Shown here one piece after another: positions 36,956 to 49,900 of a stretch of 64,000 nt of DNA. The stretch is from assembly GCA_965153285.1 (NCBI GenBank), contig OZ229111.1; one strand, given 5' to 3'. This stretch comes from Podarcis tiliguerta (lineage: Eukaryota). Made by a program: the position numbers and the translations under genes. The first letter of the stretch is position 1; the number at the start of each line of letters is the position of its first letter. The notes under the pieces were generated by a model, which was given only the letters and a program-made list of their open reading frames with translations, searched no databases and was not told the DNA's origin.

Positions 36956-39490
36956 CTTTAATGAGATCAGGGTTGTAGTGTACCATGACCCTGATTGAAA
37001 TAGTCCTCCTGAAGCTGTGGACAGGGGCCCATGTAGCAGACATTAGTTTCAGGTGTGTGTGAATTGGATCAGCCCTGTGCCTCACTGCACTACAGCCCCA
37101 GTCCAAATTAGACCCTCTCATGGCTGCTTTTAAAGAGGTGGGGAAACATCCAGCGATCTAGTTACAGATATTTCATGCAAAACCTAGTTTGGTCTGCAGC
37201 TCTCGCTTTCTTAAAACAACAACTCTGAATCCTCAAAATGAATTTGCTTTGAGTTGTATATTTATTGGCATGGTCCATATGTTGTTCTTTAAAACAACAA
37301 CAACCCAGTTTTAATGCAGGAGACATACTCTTTGTTTAACGCTCACTCTCACAAAAGTTATGTTTATGAAAATCAATAAGAAATATATATGCTGTAATGA
37401 TCATGATGCAGTCAGAACTAAACACTTTTAAAGTCCTACTGATTTCAAAGGGAGAGAGAAACACATGCTTAAAAAGAAAAATTAAGATTTAAAAGTGCTT
37501 AACTGTGCCTTCATTATGACCTTTATTTGTTCTGTTTATGTACCTACATATAAATTCATGCAATAATCAAAGTGGAACTCTGTCCTGAGTGGTTTAACTG
37601 CTCCGAGGAGACGCCAGGTTTCTAGGCATGGGTTTGGGATGAGGCATCAACAAGTGGAATGAGTGTGCTTATCACTTAAGTGAATAAAAATGCAATTCTT
37701 TTCAGATATGACTCATTGTGGGTCCCCATGCGTTCTCCCTCTATTGCTAACTATTTTAATGCGTGCATTCCGCCCATCCCCTTATCGCTTACTAATTCCT
37801 CAGTAGTCTGGGTGGGGCCCTTAGTTTTCAGCAGTCATTTAAAACTATTTCATGTCGATCACTTTTTAATCTTGCACTCATCTTGGAGAGGAGGTGAGGT
37901 CACATCTTTAATTAGTACTACTTCTTTGGAAGGGAGTGCTATTTGCAGGTTTTTGTTTTTTTAAAAAAGATATGAAAAATGTTTCTAGCAGTACATGAGT
38001 GTGGGGGTGTGGGGAAATATGACAGGGTGGTGTGAAAATTGATAGACAGTCCTCAGATGCTGATATGTCTTAAAAGTTATTTTTTACGGAGCAGAGAACA
38101 AATCAACGGTTCTCGTTATATTTGGCGCAACCAAAACAATGCCAATTCCCCACAGGTGTGGAAATCCATTCATCTGTGAAAAAGTAAAAAAGTTTGAAGC
38201 CCTTTATAGCTGTTGTGAGCTTTCTGCCCTGTGAAAAGAGTTGTGTGTTCTTTCCCATTTTTGTTTTCGTAAAACTGCTTAAACAGTCTGGTTTTGTAAA
38301 AGGCGCTTCTGTTATGCTTACTGCCGTTTATCATTTTATTGCCAATCTTGGTGGGTCCCCATACATTATTCGCTATATTGTTGCACAGCACAAGCAAACC
38401 TTTGTCGCTCTCCCTGGAGAGCTATTTATATGGCACGACACTTCCAAGAACTCTACTGGGGAAAAGAAGTCTATCTTCACACACAGGTGGTGCTGGGTGA
38501 GCTTCTAGTGAGGGGCTGAATTCTGGCAAGATTCAAGTCTCACATTGAATATTGCTGGTCCTCTTCTCCCTTCACTTCCCAGCCTTCCTGAACCCTGGCC
38601 TTCCCTTTAGCATTTTTGACGGGAGGCCAAGAAGCCAACAGCATATACTGCTTGCATTTAAATTTCCTTCATCCTATCAGTATCTGATCCCAAGTGCTTC
38701 TGTTCAATACTTCCCCTCATACACACACAGGGCACAGAGCAGCCCTGTCACAACAGCCATGTCATGTGAGTAACACCTGAGGAATGCTGCCCCAAGACGT
38801 TTTGCTCCCTATAGCAGAGTCCAAACCCCCCTGCTTTACCCTACTACGATTCTGTCATTCAGGTTCAATTTGCCCCTTCCTCGATCCACCCGGATGGTGC
38901 CACTTAAAACAGGGTTCTTCACCCTGCTGTATGATTGGTCCAGCTTTGTGTATGTGCCAGGAAGCAGCGTGTGATTTAGTGAGGGTGAGGAGGGGGGTCT
39001 CCACATGACGGTTGTTGCCGTGAAGCACCCAGATCATAAAGTGGCATGAAAAATTCTTTTGGGGGGGAGGGAAGTCTGAATGCACCAAGTCTTATATTTG
39101 TATATTTAGGCATGCACAAGGACCAAGAGAAAGATACAGAAGGATGCAACTCTCTACCTTGAGGGCCTATGGCTTTGTTTGCCTTCCGTGATTCCCTTTT
39201 AGGTATCCACAGACATCACGAACTTATTAAACATGGGGATGAGGACAGTGATAGTGTCTATAGCCAAAGCTCCCACCACCCCAGGCATTCCCATTTGCTC
39301 ATGGGCAGCTTACTGGGCATTGGCATGGCCAACCACTCGGAAAGGTCTAGGCAGCCAGTTGATCTGCCCAATTCTAATATCCACCATGCAGGTGCACCAT
39401 AGAGAAAGGAAAAGGTTAAGAGTGATCCTCGCATGCACACTTCCTGGCTCTGCTCGCAAAGCAAGTCTTTGTACAGAGAGCAGGCACGTC

Positions 39491-39642
39491 CAGGGTTTTT
39501 TTTAAACAAAAAAATGTTTAGGAGTACGTACTCTCATTTTCCTACTCATATTGAAATACTGCCCCTCAATGAGACCAAACTTAGATTCACAAAATGTTTA
39601 AGGGTATGCGTACCCCTGCGTACCCCCAGAAAAAAAGCACTG
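39491..39642. mobile_element. hAT MITE
   Basis: Termini CAGGGTTTTTTTT and AAAAAAAGCACTG; 8-bp TSD GGCACGTC / GGCATGTC. Confidence 0.8.
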
Positions 39643-40058
39643 GGCATGTCCATAGAGATTGGAAAAAGTAAAGAGTGATACTTGCACACACACTGTCTAG
39701 TTCTGTTTGCAAAATCCTGGGCGTTTTGGCAAATTCAAACCATCCAAACTGATATTTTACCCCCCCCCCCCAAGAAAGAGGACCTGTCTGGGAAAAAGAG
39801 GATGTATGGCAACCTTAATCTACTCAGAAGCAAGTCCACTGAGCTCAGTGGGTCCTACTCCCAGGAAAGTGTGTGTGATATTTTAGCCTAAATTGTAGTG
39901 GAAGTAGAATATTTAAGAGCATGTATTGTGATAACCTTTTTAAAAAATACTTCACCACTCTAGCAGGATATGTGGGCAATAATGCACGAAAGAATTAGTT
40001 ATACCGGGGAAGGCTTAACTTGTTGTCATGGACTGGCTGGACGCAGAGCAGTGGTGGG

Positions 40059-40168
40059 TAGGGCTGCCATACGTCCAGGATTTCTCGGGCATTACCGGGA
40101 TTTCAAAGGCAGAAGTGACACCTAGGGGAAAATTCCGGAAGGCAGCAGTTTGTCCTATGGCAACTCTA
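40059..40168. mobile_element. hAT MITE nested in the solo LTR
   Basis: TIR TAGGGCTGCCATA / TATGGCAACTCTA; perfect 8-bp TSD GTGGTGGG at 40051-40058 and 40169-40176. Confidence 0.85.
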
Positions 40169-40644
40169 GTGGTGGGAGGCACCAGCTGGTAAATCTCCAA
40201 GGGAACCCCTAGGGGAAGAAGGCCCAGAGCCAGGGGGAGTGGTGGTGGGACGACAATGGGTGCTCAGAGGGAGAAGAGGGAGCAGATTGGGACTAGGAGG
40301 TGTCGGAAGCAGAAGAGGCAACAGGGTTTGGTGAGCAGAAAGAGGCTGTGGCAGAGAGCAGTCCAGAAGAGGAGGCTGGAGAGGAGGGAGGCTCAAGAGG
40401 CAAGGTGGAGGCAGGCTGCTGAAGAAGCCAATGAGTCTCCCCCTCCTGTTCTCTCCCAGAACACAGAGAGGAGTGAAGAGGGTGGAGCAAACAGAGACAA
40501 GACAAAGGAGCATCAGGATGCTGGGGAAGGACCCCGCCGGGAGGCGGAGACTAAGCTGTGGTAAAGTGGCGACCTTCAGTCTTCACAACTGCCTCATTGG
40601 GGCAAGACATACTCGGGAAGGGTTGCTGTTATCCCTAGGCCTGC

Positions 40645-40793
40645 ACTGGGCGTAGCCAGGATTTTTTTTGGGGGGGGGCAGGACTTTTGTTAGGGGGCAG
40701 AACCGACGTGATTGGTCAGTTAGTTAAGTATTTCTATTGTTTTACTTGTTCTAGGGGTGGCAGCTGACCCCCCCCCCCTTAGCTACACCCATG
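40645..40793 (+). mobile_element. hAT-type MITE (CATGGGCGTAGC family) nested in the solo LTR
   Basis: TGGGCGTAGCCAGG ... AGCTACACCCATG; internal sequence shared with the 8169 and 15767 copies; TSD not clear. Confidence 0.7.
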
Positions 40794-42017
40794 GTTCCTT
40801 TGAATAAACTTCAGTGACACCAGGTGTTTTCTTGCTGACCTGACTCCAGCTCCTGACACCTGTGGCCATTCAGGTGCTATTGGACTCAAAATTCCCACTA
40901 GCCCCAGCCAGCATGGCCACCAACCTGCTCCGGTGTTTGTAATTTGTTTTATTTTTATTTTCTTACATTTATGCCCCTGTTTCTTCTGTCATGCACTCCA
41001 AGGCAGTGTACACATGGCTTCCCAATAGTCACACATCCAGGCACTGACCAGAACAAATTATGCTTATCTTCAGCAAGGTGGTGCCCTCATGTGCCTTTGA
41101 ACTGTACCATAGGATTTTAAATGTAAAGACCAATACATTTCTTGTTGGCAATTAGTTTTGCCAGAGATGTATGGTAGCCAAAGAGGGACAGGCAGAATTG
41201 GCTTCAGAGACAGATTTGGCTTAGGGTCTATGAATGCCGATCACTATTTTCAATCACAGGGCAGTCCTGTGTATTGAATTGTGAGAGCCAAACAAGAAAT
41301 ATGAAAATTCATCTCACTTGTTAAGAGATGATTATTTGAGATGTTGGTACTTTTTCCAGCACCAAGTGTCAAAGTGGAAATAGATCATGATCACACTTGT
41401 GTATTACCTGCTAATAAGGTGTAAATGCAAATTTCATGGTCATGTAGCGTTTTTTGTCTTTATTCCAAACAGGCATCATCCAGCATATTGAACGAAATGT
41501 GGCGAGAATGGTCTTAAATAATGCAACATGGAAAACATTACGAATTTCTTTTGCTTTCTGGATTCCAAGCGTTCCCAAACCTTGCCGTCATGTTTACAAA
41601 CAGCTGCAAAACAATTAGGTCTAGAAATGTTTTTTGTTTTTAAATGAGAAGCTGAGAAATTGAGGATTCTAACAGTCTACAGAACGAGTGCATTCAAACA
41701 ATCTCTTCTTCATAGGAGTTTTCTGCCTGCTCTCTTTCTAAACTTATCTATGGGACGTCTCGAACCATTGCAATGTAGCTGTAGAAGGTCATAATCATTA
41801 TCTCAAGAAATCTTGCATTATTATCCCTAAAAAGTGGGATAACCCTCTTTCCCCCTTTTTATTTATTAATTGTTGTTGCTTGCCAGCTGTACAAGATGTT
41901 AGACCTAGTCATTAACCCATATGTGACCTTCTATATTCAACTGATTTCCAGACAGGGACAGAACAGTAACTCTAGCCGGCAATGTGAACCCTCCTGTATT
42001 TGTAATTATGATTTTGA

Positions 42018-42131
<114 letters not shown>

Positions 42132-43644
42132 TAAGGGCTGCTATCCTTTTCCTTGAATTTATTTGAGCTATTTGTGGTGTGTGTGGTAGTTGGTTTTCTT
42201 TTTGTGGGGTGGGGGGACGACGACTCCTCATTATAATGAAACACCTGCCTTGTGTTGCTAATGGGCAAAGAGTGATGTGCGTCCGTGGGCGTAATTTTGT
42301 CGTTCATAGGGAATTAGTGATGCTATAAGGTTTTGATTTTTGTGGAAAGGCCATATGGAATGTAACTGTGAGTGGAGGCTCTGTGGAGCGTTCTGGTGCT
42401 CGTCTCTGATTCATGCTCCTAAAGGGGGACATTTTTCTCTGCAACTTTCTGCGCCTCAATTCGCATGCTGTGCCTGGGAAGCTTCGGGAATATAAAATAA
42501 TAATAGTTTGTGATTTATGAAATGTGGTTGGGTGCTTATAAATATTTAACTTTTTACTTTGAAAAATGTTTGAATCATTATCACTTTTTAGCTACAGTAG
42601 TTCCCTTGGATGCAATCTATCTAAATTGTAAGGTTTGTTTTATTTTATTTATGCATTAAGATATCTGAAAACTAAAGATTCCTCTGCCCCCCCCCTTTCT
42701 CAACAACCCCCCCACCCCCGGATTCCAGCTTGTTTTCTTTGGTTTGAGTGCAATTTTGATTGTATTGTCAGTTGATTAATTCATTTTGCCTGTCTTAATT
42801 ATTACGGTTTCTAAACCGATCCAAATTACTAATCTGACATGACCGAATAAATCACTGTAGAACAATAAATTCGCTGGAGTTGTTCTGTGCAATTTGCACT
42901 CGGCAGACTTGCAAATTAGGCAACGCTGTAGCCAAAGAGTCACTTTTACATTTTAATTATTGAAGCTCGTCATACAGAAACATATGATAAACTGTTACGA
43001 TGTCGCATTACTTTGTGAGAATTAAGTGACCACGCAAGGCTGATACTGTCCATTATCAGTTAAGAGAAGGAGTACTATATCATTGTGGTGTGGAACTCTG
43101 CCTCTTGCTTTGCTGCCTGAGTTAATGTTCGCAACCTTCAATTCATCCTCTTTGTTGGATTGCTCAAAAAGTGCCGTGTGACGTCGGAGCAAGGTGGCAT
43201 TCTGTTATGCAGTGACTGGAAAGACATGATTGATAAGCCATTGTATTTATGTAGTTTTATGTCTTTGGTATGGCTTTTGAAACAAGAAGTTATGTTTTCA
43301 TGGCAAATGTCTTTGCAAATTATTCCAGAGTTAGTTTACAGTACGGTAGCAGTGAATTTATATTGCATACTTGCATTGTTGAAGAGCGTTAGGTGAACAC
43401 AGGAGAGCACAAAAGTAATTAATTAATGTGTCTGTTGTATATTCAAGGTGTATTATAGTCTGATGGGGTATTAAAGATGGCACTTACAGTTGCATGGAAA
43501 ATTTATATGTCTCCTACATGGTTCTTAACAACAAGATAGATTCTGAACCTGAAATGTGTGTGGTTCTACCTACATATAGATGTGCTGGCTGTGGTTCATT
43601 TTAGGAATAAAACCATTGGCATTGACTGCATTTTGGACAAGCAT

Positions 43645-43968
43645 ATTTCAGCTTAGTAAGCCAAGAGACGAACAAGCATTTTGCCTATGCGTGAAGATCC
43701 TCCCTTCATATTGCAAGAAGTCAAATTGCAAAATCTATAATTAACCACAACTTCTCATTTTGTCCAAGCTGAAGAAAAAATGGTTATAAGCTTTGGAGCA
43801 AGTGAGGGGTGCTAAACCGACTTCAAACTGTGGTTTCATATCCTGGCATGTTTCAAAGCCATGGTTTCTTGGAAATGAATGATTGGCAAACTATGGTTAA
43901 TTAGGTTTGCTATTTTGCTTGTGTGGATAGGCAAAAGCTGTTCATCTCTCGACTTACTAAGCTGAAAT
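43645..43968. repeat. About 43-bp imperfect inverted repeat around a roughly 240-bp spacer
   Basis: 43645-43688 ATTTCAGCTTAGTAAGCCAAGAGACGAACAAGCATTTTGCCTAT versus the reverse complement of 43927-43968, ATTTCAGCTTAGTAAGTCGAGAGATGAACAGCTTTTGCCTAT. Confidence 0.85.
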
Positions 43969-46900
43969 CAGTCATCTGATCCAGGCACCCTCGTCTGCAT
44001 TTTGTTCCTCTTCTTAGTAGTTTTGGACAACTTGGGCCATACGGTACTTCACCAGCATTACAGAACTTTGCGCTGAGGCAGATTAAAAGCTGGAATTTGG
44101 TTTGTGGAACTGGGCTCTGTTAAACTTTGCCTCACCACACATTTTGAGTGTGAACTGGTTAATCTTTTAAAATTCTTCCCTTGGTTTTAAGTGGTGACTT
44201 TGATATGGAAGGTTGATATGACTGTGGTTTGAATAACATCTGATTTTGACCCGCTCCTTTGGGTTGCAGTGGCATAAGAAATTTGACTCAGCTGTGCTGT
44301 AATTAGCCTTCCCTGTGTTTTTGAAACAGGATTGAGTTACCTGGATCGCATTAGTGTGGCTTCTATTGTTGCCGCTTAGCATCTGTCCCAGTAGGGTACT
44401 TAAAACCTTTTTCTTGGCCAGGGCTAGTTCAAACAATTTAGGCAAAATAAAGTATGCGCTTTGTACAGCTAGTGGCTCTGGTGATGTTACTAGTGACATT
44501 TACCCTGTGCATATTATTTCCCCCTTGGCTTAGAAAAGCATAAAGCAATCTATATGAAGCCTGTGTTTTAAACAGAGTACTTTACAAATTGTTTTAACAT
44601 TAAAAAGCTGTCACGAGCTGGAACATATGTTGAGTTGCACTCTGCTGTCACTCTGGCGTGCATAAAATTGTAAGCTATTATGCCAATTGATATGCAAAAC
44701 CATATTTAGCTATTTTTTATTTGCAAGTGATCCTTCGCAGGACACATTTGGGGAGAGGGGGAGAGTTTGCAAAGATGTTCTCTGATGCCTAGCAGACTGC
44801 TCAGTCTTGTATTTGACCTGTATTAATAGAATGGGCACCTTAAATGCTACATTTAAGTAGGCAAGGATCACATTTGAATCATAGATATGTTTCCTTATGG
44901 GGATTACTACTTCTTTGCTATATCTGCAGAATACGGTTTTTCAAATGTCTGATCAAGAAGGATACTTACAATTTTTACACATACACTCTAAATGATATTA
45001 GAGCATGTCTGGAAAATTTTGAATGACAGTAGCCACATGTGAGTATTGACAATTCTGGACAATTGCGAATCTCTGAAAATTCAAAGATGCACTGGTGAAT
45101 ATAGGCAGCTTAAAAGCGATTACATTTGTGTGTTATGAAAAGTGGGGATATATGACACATGTAAAACCTTTGTACCTACAGAGTTGTATAACATGCTCTT
45201 TTGCCTCCAATTATCATTTATATTCATTTATAATAGTCAGAATGAACTGGAGCCATTTAATCATAAATGTAGAGTGTTGGAACAGCCTCGGCAGATGCAC
45301 TGGGAAATGACTTTGTATTTAGAGGAGCACGTTTTGATTGTGATCAAAATGACCTTAGGAAATTTTCTATACTCTAGAGATCTGTCTTCCCTCCATACTG
45401 TAGCATCAATCTATTTTTCTCATAGGCAGTTTGTATTACAGAGCAAAAGAAGTTGCTTTATACCAAGGCTTTATACCATTGGTTCATATAACCCAGTATT
45501 GTATGGCTGGCTCCAGGCTTGAGGGGAACGTGGGCAAAGTATCCCCTCTCTGTCGGTGTGCCTTATCACCTGGCTACCATGATAGTACTTCAAGGAGTGC
45601 TGTGTTGCTAGATTTAGTTACCCTTTAAATTCCCCACAATTCCTCAGGGTGACAAAAAGTTTGGGGCATTGAGAGAAATTAAAGTGGTGGCTTGATACAG
45701 TCACCTGGCGCTGCTCCAAATGCCACATCAGGTGGTGGTGTGGTGGTTGGGAATTAAGGTTGGAGACGAGTAGGTACTGGGTCCTGTCAGCTGCTCAAGG
45801 ATGCCAGACACAGGCTATGAATACTGTTTATGTTGGTCCATCCCAACCCTACCAGAGTTACCAGGGTATTTGCTTTTGCCACAGAGTACTGCTGAGTTAT
45901 GGCCTTAGTGTGTTTGTGTTGCGTGCGTGCGCGCACACACACACAGAGACACAGATGCCTTAGAGATGCTGCAAAATAATCTCCAACACAATCACACAGA
46001 TTAAAATAAAAGCCCTAGGGCTACTTTAAATGAAATCATTGCACTAGTAGGCTTTCCCCCCTCTCCCCCACTGCTGTGTGCCCCATAGCCTCCCCAAACC
46101 TGCTCCAGAGGGTCAGGAGAACCCCCAGAACAGTGCAAGGGAGGAGGAGAGGAGATACTGTTTGGTTTCCACGAACAGAAATGCTTGTACAATACTGACA
46201 CAAGAATCTCCTGAGCACTACACTGAACGCAGCCCAGTATCCCCAATAAATGACATTTGTTGCCTTGGCAAAAGGTGTGCTGGTAACAGCTTTCCCCCAT
46301 GCCCCAACTGGCCCTTCATGTGTTCTCTGTCTTGCTTAGTTCATTTTACAACAGGATGATACAGTTTACATTGTACAGAAAGTATAGCAAAATGAGATAG
46401 GGCGTAACATCTATTTTAAGGTAAATTATCATTTTTTAAGCGGAAGGTGCATGCATCCCCCTAAAAGCACCTGCAAGTTCATGGAGATGTGGTGGGGACG
46501 AGTCTTTGGAGGAAGCGAGTGCGATGCAAAACAATTCAGGGTGCAACAATTTCTGTTACAAGCGACACTGTGTGCATTCAGCCTAGTAGTAGCAAAAAAA
46601 TAAAATAAAAAATGAACCACTTCCTGTTATTACATTCTACATAGATTTAACATTCAAACGGTAACTCAAATTTGAATTTAAAAGGTTTGCTATAAAATTC
46701 CTGGGCAGGAATTGAATAAATTGTACTTTTATTGCCACAGTGGAGATTCCCATGTTCTAACCTTTTTTTCCCATATAGCTATTCTAGTTCAATAAATAAA
46801 ACCTCATTAGACTATTCCCATTTCAATGAGTTTATTAAATTTTACAGGAGTAATTAGCATAAGCTGTGCTAATTTTTCTGGAAGACTAATGAGAGAGCTT

Positions 46901-49900
46901 CCTAATTAGGTTTGCTTTGTAAGAATCTGAAAAGATGATAATGAAAAAAGTCACATAGGGTGCAATCCAACAGGAAGGAAGAGTCTTATTATTCCTTGAT
47001 TTGTGAAAGATGATTCTGTGTCTTGGCATGGCTTCAAACTTTAAAAAAAAAGCCTCACACACATTTTTAAAAACTGCCCAAATTGACCAGGGCTGATACA
47101 GATATTCTAGTGAGATTTCTCTGCTTGTCATTTAGTTTCATCCCCGTCTCCCTTCATGGATGAAACAATTGAGCAATGGTTCTCTTGGCTAAGATAAACA
47201 TGGAAAGTAATGTCTACTTCCAATGTATATGGCAGAATCACTCCAGCATAAACACTCATACCTAGTGCCCTGGATCCCCTTAAATACCTGTTGTTTGAGC
47301 ATGTATGCATTCCAGGGGTGGGAGAAAAACATCCCTGATGTATGGTTATTAATGGCTCCAATTCTCAATAATGACTGGGGAGAGATGATTCCCCACTTCC
47401 CTGCCAGGAGTCAAAACTGATATCACAAGTGTGTCATTGCTAATAGTGGATCATTACCTCTGGCAAATAAGGTTTTTCAGGTATTTAAGACGTTTCAAAA
47501 ACCTGCAAAATTTGTTTGATGGAAGAAGATTGCAGGACAAAAGAAACATATATGGGCTGCACCTCCAGCTTTCTTATAAATGACTGTCTCTAACCATGTT
47601 ATTTTCTGTATCCCTGTTGAGAGCTAATGCCCGAGAATCCGAGACTATTTCCCTAAACTAATAAAATAATTTATTCCAGTGCCTAGTGTACACAATTGCA
47701 TCATGCAGAGACTCAGTATTAATTCTGATATCTGAAAGCAGCCACAGCGCTTAGCCACTGCCTCCAAGTTGGTTGTCTGATGCAGAGTTGTTACCTGGCT
47801 ACTGTTTATATTAGCCATGCTAGAGAGGTTTTGTTTTGTTTTGGAGGGATGGGGTTAGGCCTATACCCAATTTATCCATAATGAATAGGGCCATTTTTAA
47901 AGATAGTAACTCTAGGTATGTGATCAAGCAAATTCCCTTAAGCCAGGCAATTTCAGATGGTGTTTGTATGTTCCCAGTGTGCACTGGATTCCAGTGGAAA
48001 ACATCTGCTCTCTATGCCCATAACACTCTGTACTGGGATATTTTCCCAGATTGCTCTGTGGGAGAGTAGCCAGCAAGCTGCTCCTTTGTGAGAGAGCTGT
48101 TGTGTGACCACTGCCTCTAGAGCTCTGAATTCCTCAGCAAAGCAGTCCAGTTTTGCCTGTAACTATCTATCTATCTTGCTGATGCAGTGCTAAGAGTCTG
48201 AAAATAGTTTCTTCTTAGCGTTGATTCACACAAGTGGTGCAGAAGAGGAAAAGCTTGTTCCACGATGGCTTCCAGATGCTATCCATTGTGTGCATATATG
48301 ATATTGTAGGTTGAGTTTAGCATGGATTCATTCTTTTTTAAAAAAAAAAAAATTGGCACTGCCTGCACATTACTAGCTGATGTGACCTGAACGTGCTCTG
48401 TAGGTCCACCCAAGCCTTTTCTGCAGCTGAAATGGTCATATGAATCCATCTTCTGTTCATACACTTCTGTTCAACACACTTATGTTCATGCCATAACCAG
48501 GATGGCACCAGTAATGGGCAGAGGAAGGTGTATGATTGTGTTTGATGGGAGGATCCAAAGCTCAGATGTAGCTTGATGTAGACTTGGTAGTTCACGTAAC
48601 GATGAACAGGAAGTCTGGTGTAAGATTTTTAGACGCGTTAATTAACCAGCATGAACTGTACTGTGAACAAAGATCTCAGTGCAGCAATTTCTTGCAAGGG
48701 CAGAGGAATACTTCAAATGTCTCTTCCTGCAAGGGCTGCCTCATTGACTGCAAAAGTGGTAAAATTCTGCCCATGCATCCCTTTGAACATGCACGCAGAG
48801 ATCTGAAGTGAATGGGGCGGTGTGCACGTTCATAAGTTGTATGTGTGCATGACCATTATGTGTGAGTTGCTCTGTCATTAAGGTAGCCAATCTGGGGAAC
48901 ATTCGGCACTTTTGAGTTTCATTGGTTTCAGTGGGAGAATCAAGCATGTGCTTCAATCTCTTTCTCTCATTGAATTTAATGAGACTCCAAAGCACTTAAC
49001 CTTGCTTGGATTGTGCCTGATATTTCTGTTGGGCTTAGGCCTGAGCTTTGCTTGGAAAAGTCAAGGACACACTACCTTCCAACAGGAAATACCTCCTTAA
49101 AGAGTGACTATAGTTCTGCTCCCAGTGTTGATCCTTCTATTCCATCTGGAACAGCTGCAACTGAAATAACGATTGCCTTCCTGAGCGTGTCATTTTGGAG
49201 TTATTGGTCATTGCTCCAGTTCATCGTGCAGGTTACCTACAAACCTATATGTGGAAAGCACCATAGTATGTAGCGAAACGTATGCATTCCTCTCTATTTT
49301 AAGCACACAATGGCCCTGTGAGTAAGGCTATGTTAAGAAATAGTGATTGGTCATCTAAGGAGCTTTGTGGCTGTGTGAGAATTTGAATTCAGGTCTCCAC
49401 AAGTCACCCGAGGCAAGTGTTTAACACACAACACCACCTTGGTTCTCTTCCAGCCTTTTTTCATAGTCCTCCTTTCACCGTGGCACACACTGCCTCAGTA
49501 TAAGAGGAGTGAGAGGGTTGGCACCACTCATTTGATGCAATGGTATTTTCCTAATCTGCTGATTAGTTGCGGGAGAAAGAACTTGGAAACATCTTTTTTG
49601 GCCCATGCCAAATGAGTGGTCCCTGCTGCTTTCTTATTCCTGGAACGTGGCTTGAAGATGATGGCGATAAGCTTTTATTTCAGGGGCAAGTTCTGTGGAG
49701 AATATGTAGTGTACCTATATTCTTTTTAGTGTAAAAAAAGCCCTTAAAGCATCTGGCTGAAAAGCGGGGCCTGATCCTGACAGGGTAGCCTAGAAAGCAC
49801 TGAGCACTCCCCACCCAACTTTGCAGGGGTGAGTACCTTAAAGGACCGGGCTTTTCTTTTGTTTCTCTTCACAAAACTTCAAATGTCCTATTCATAGCTA

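Larger units (their letters stand above)
40024..40858 (+). mobile_element. Solo LTR (probably Gypsy-type) carrying two nested MITEs
   Basis: TGTCA...TGACA termini; 5-bp TSD CTTGT / CCTGT; AATAAA at 40803, about 50 nt before the 3' end. Confidence 0.7.
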
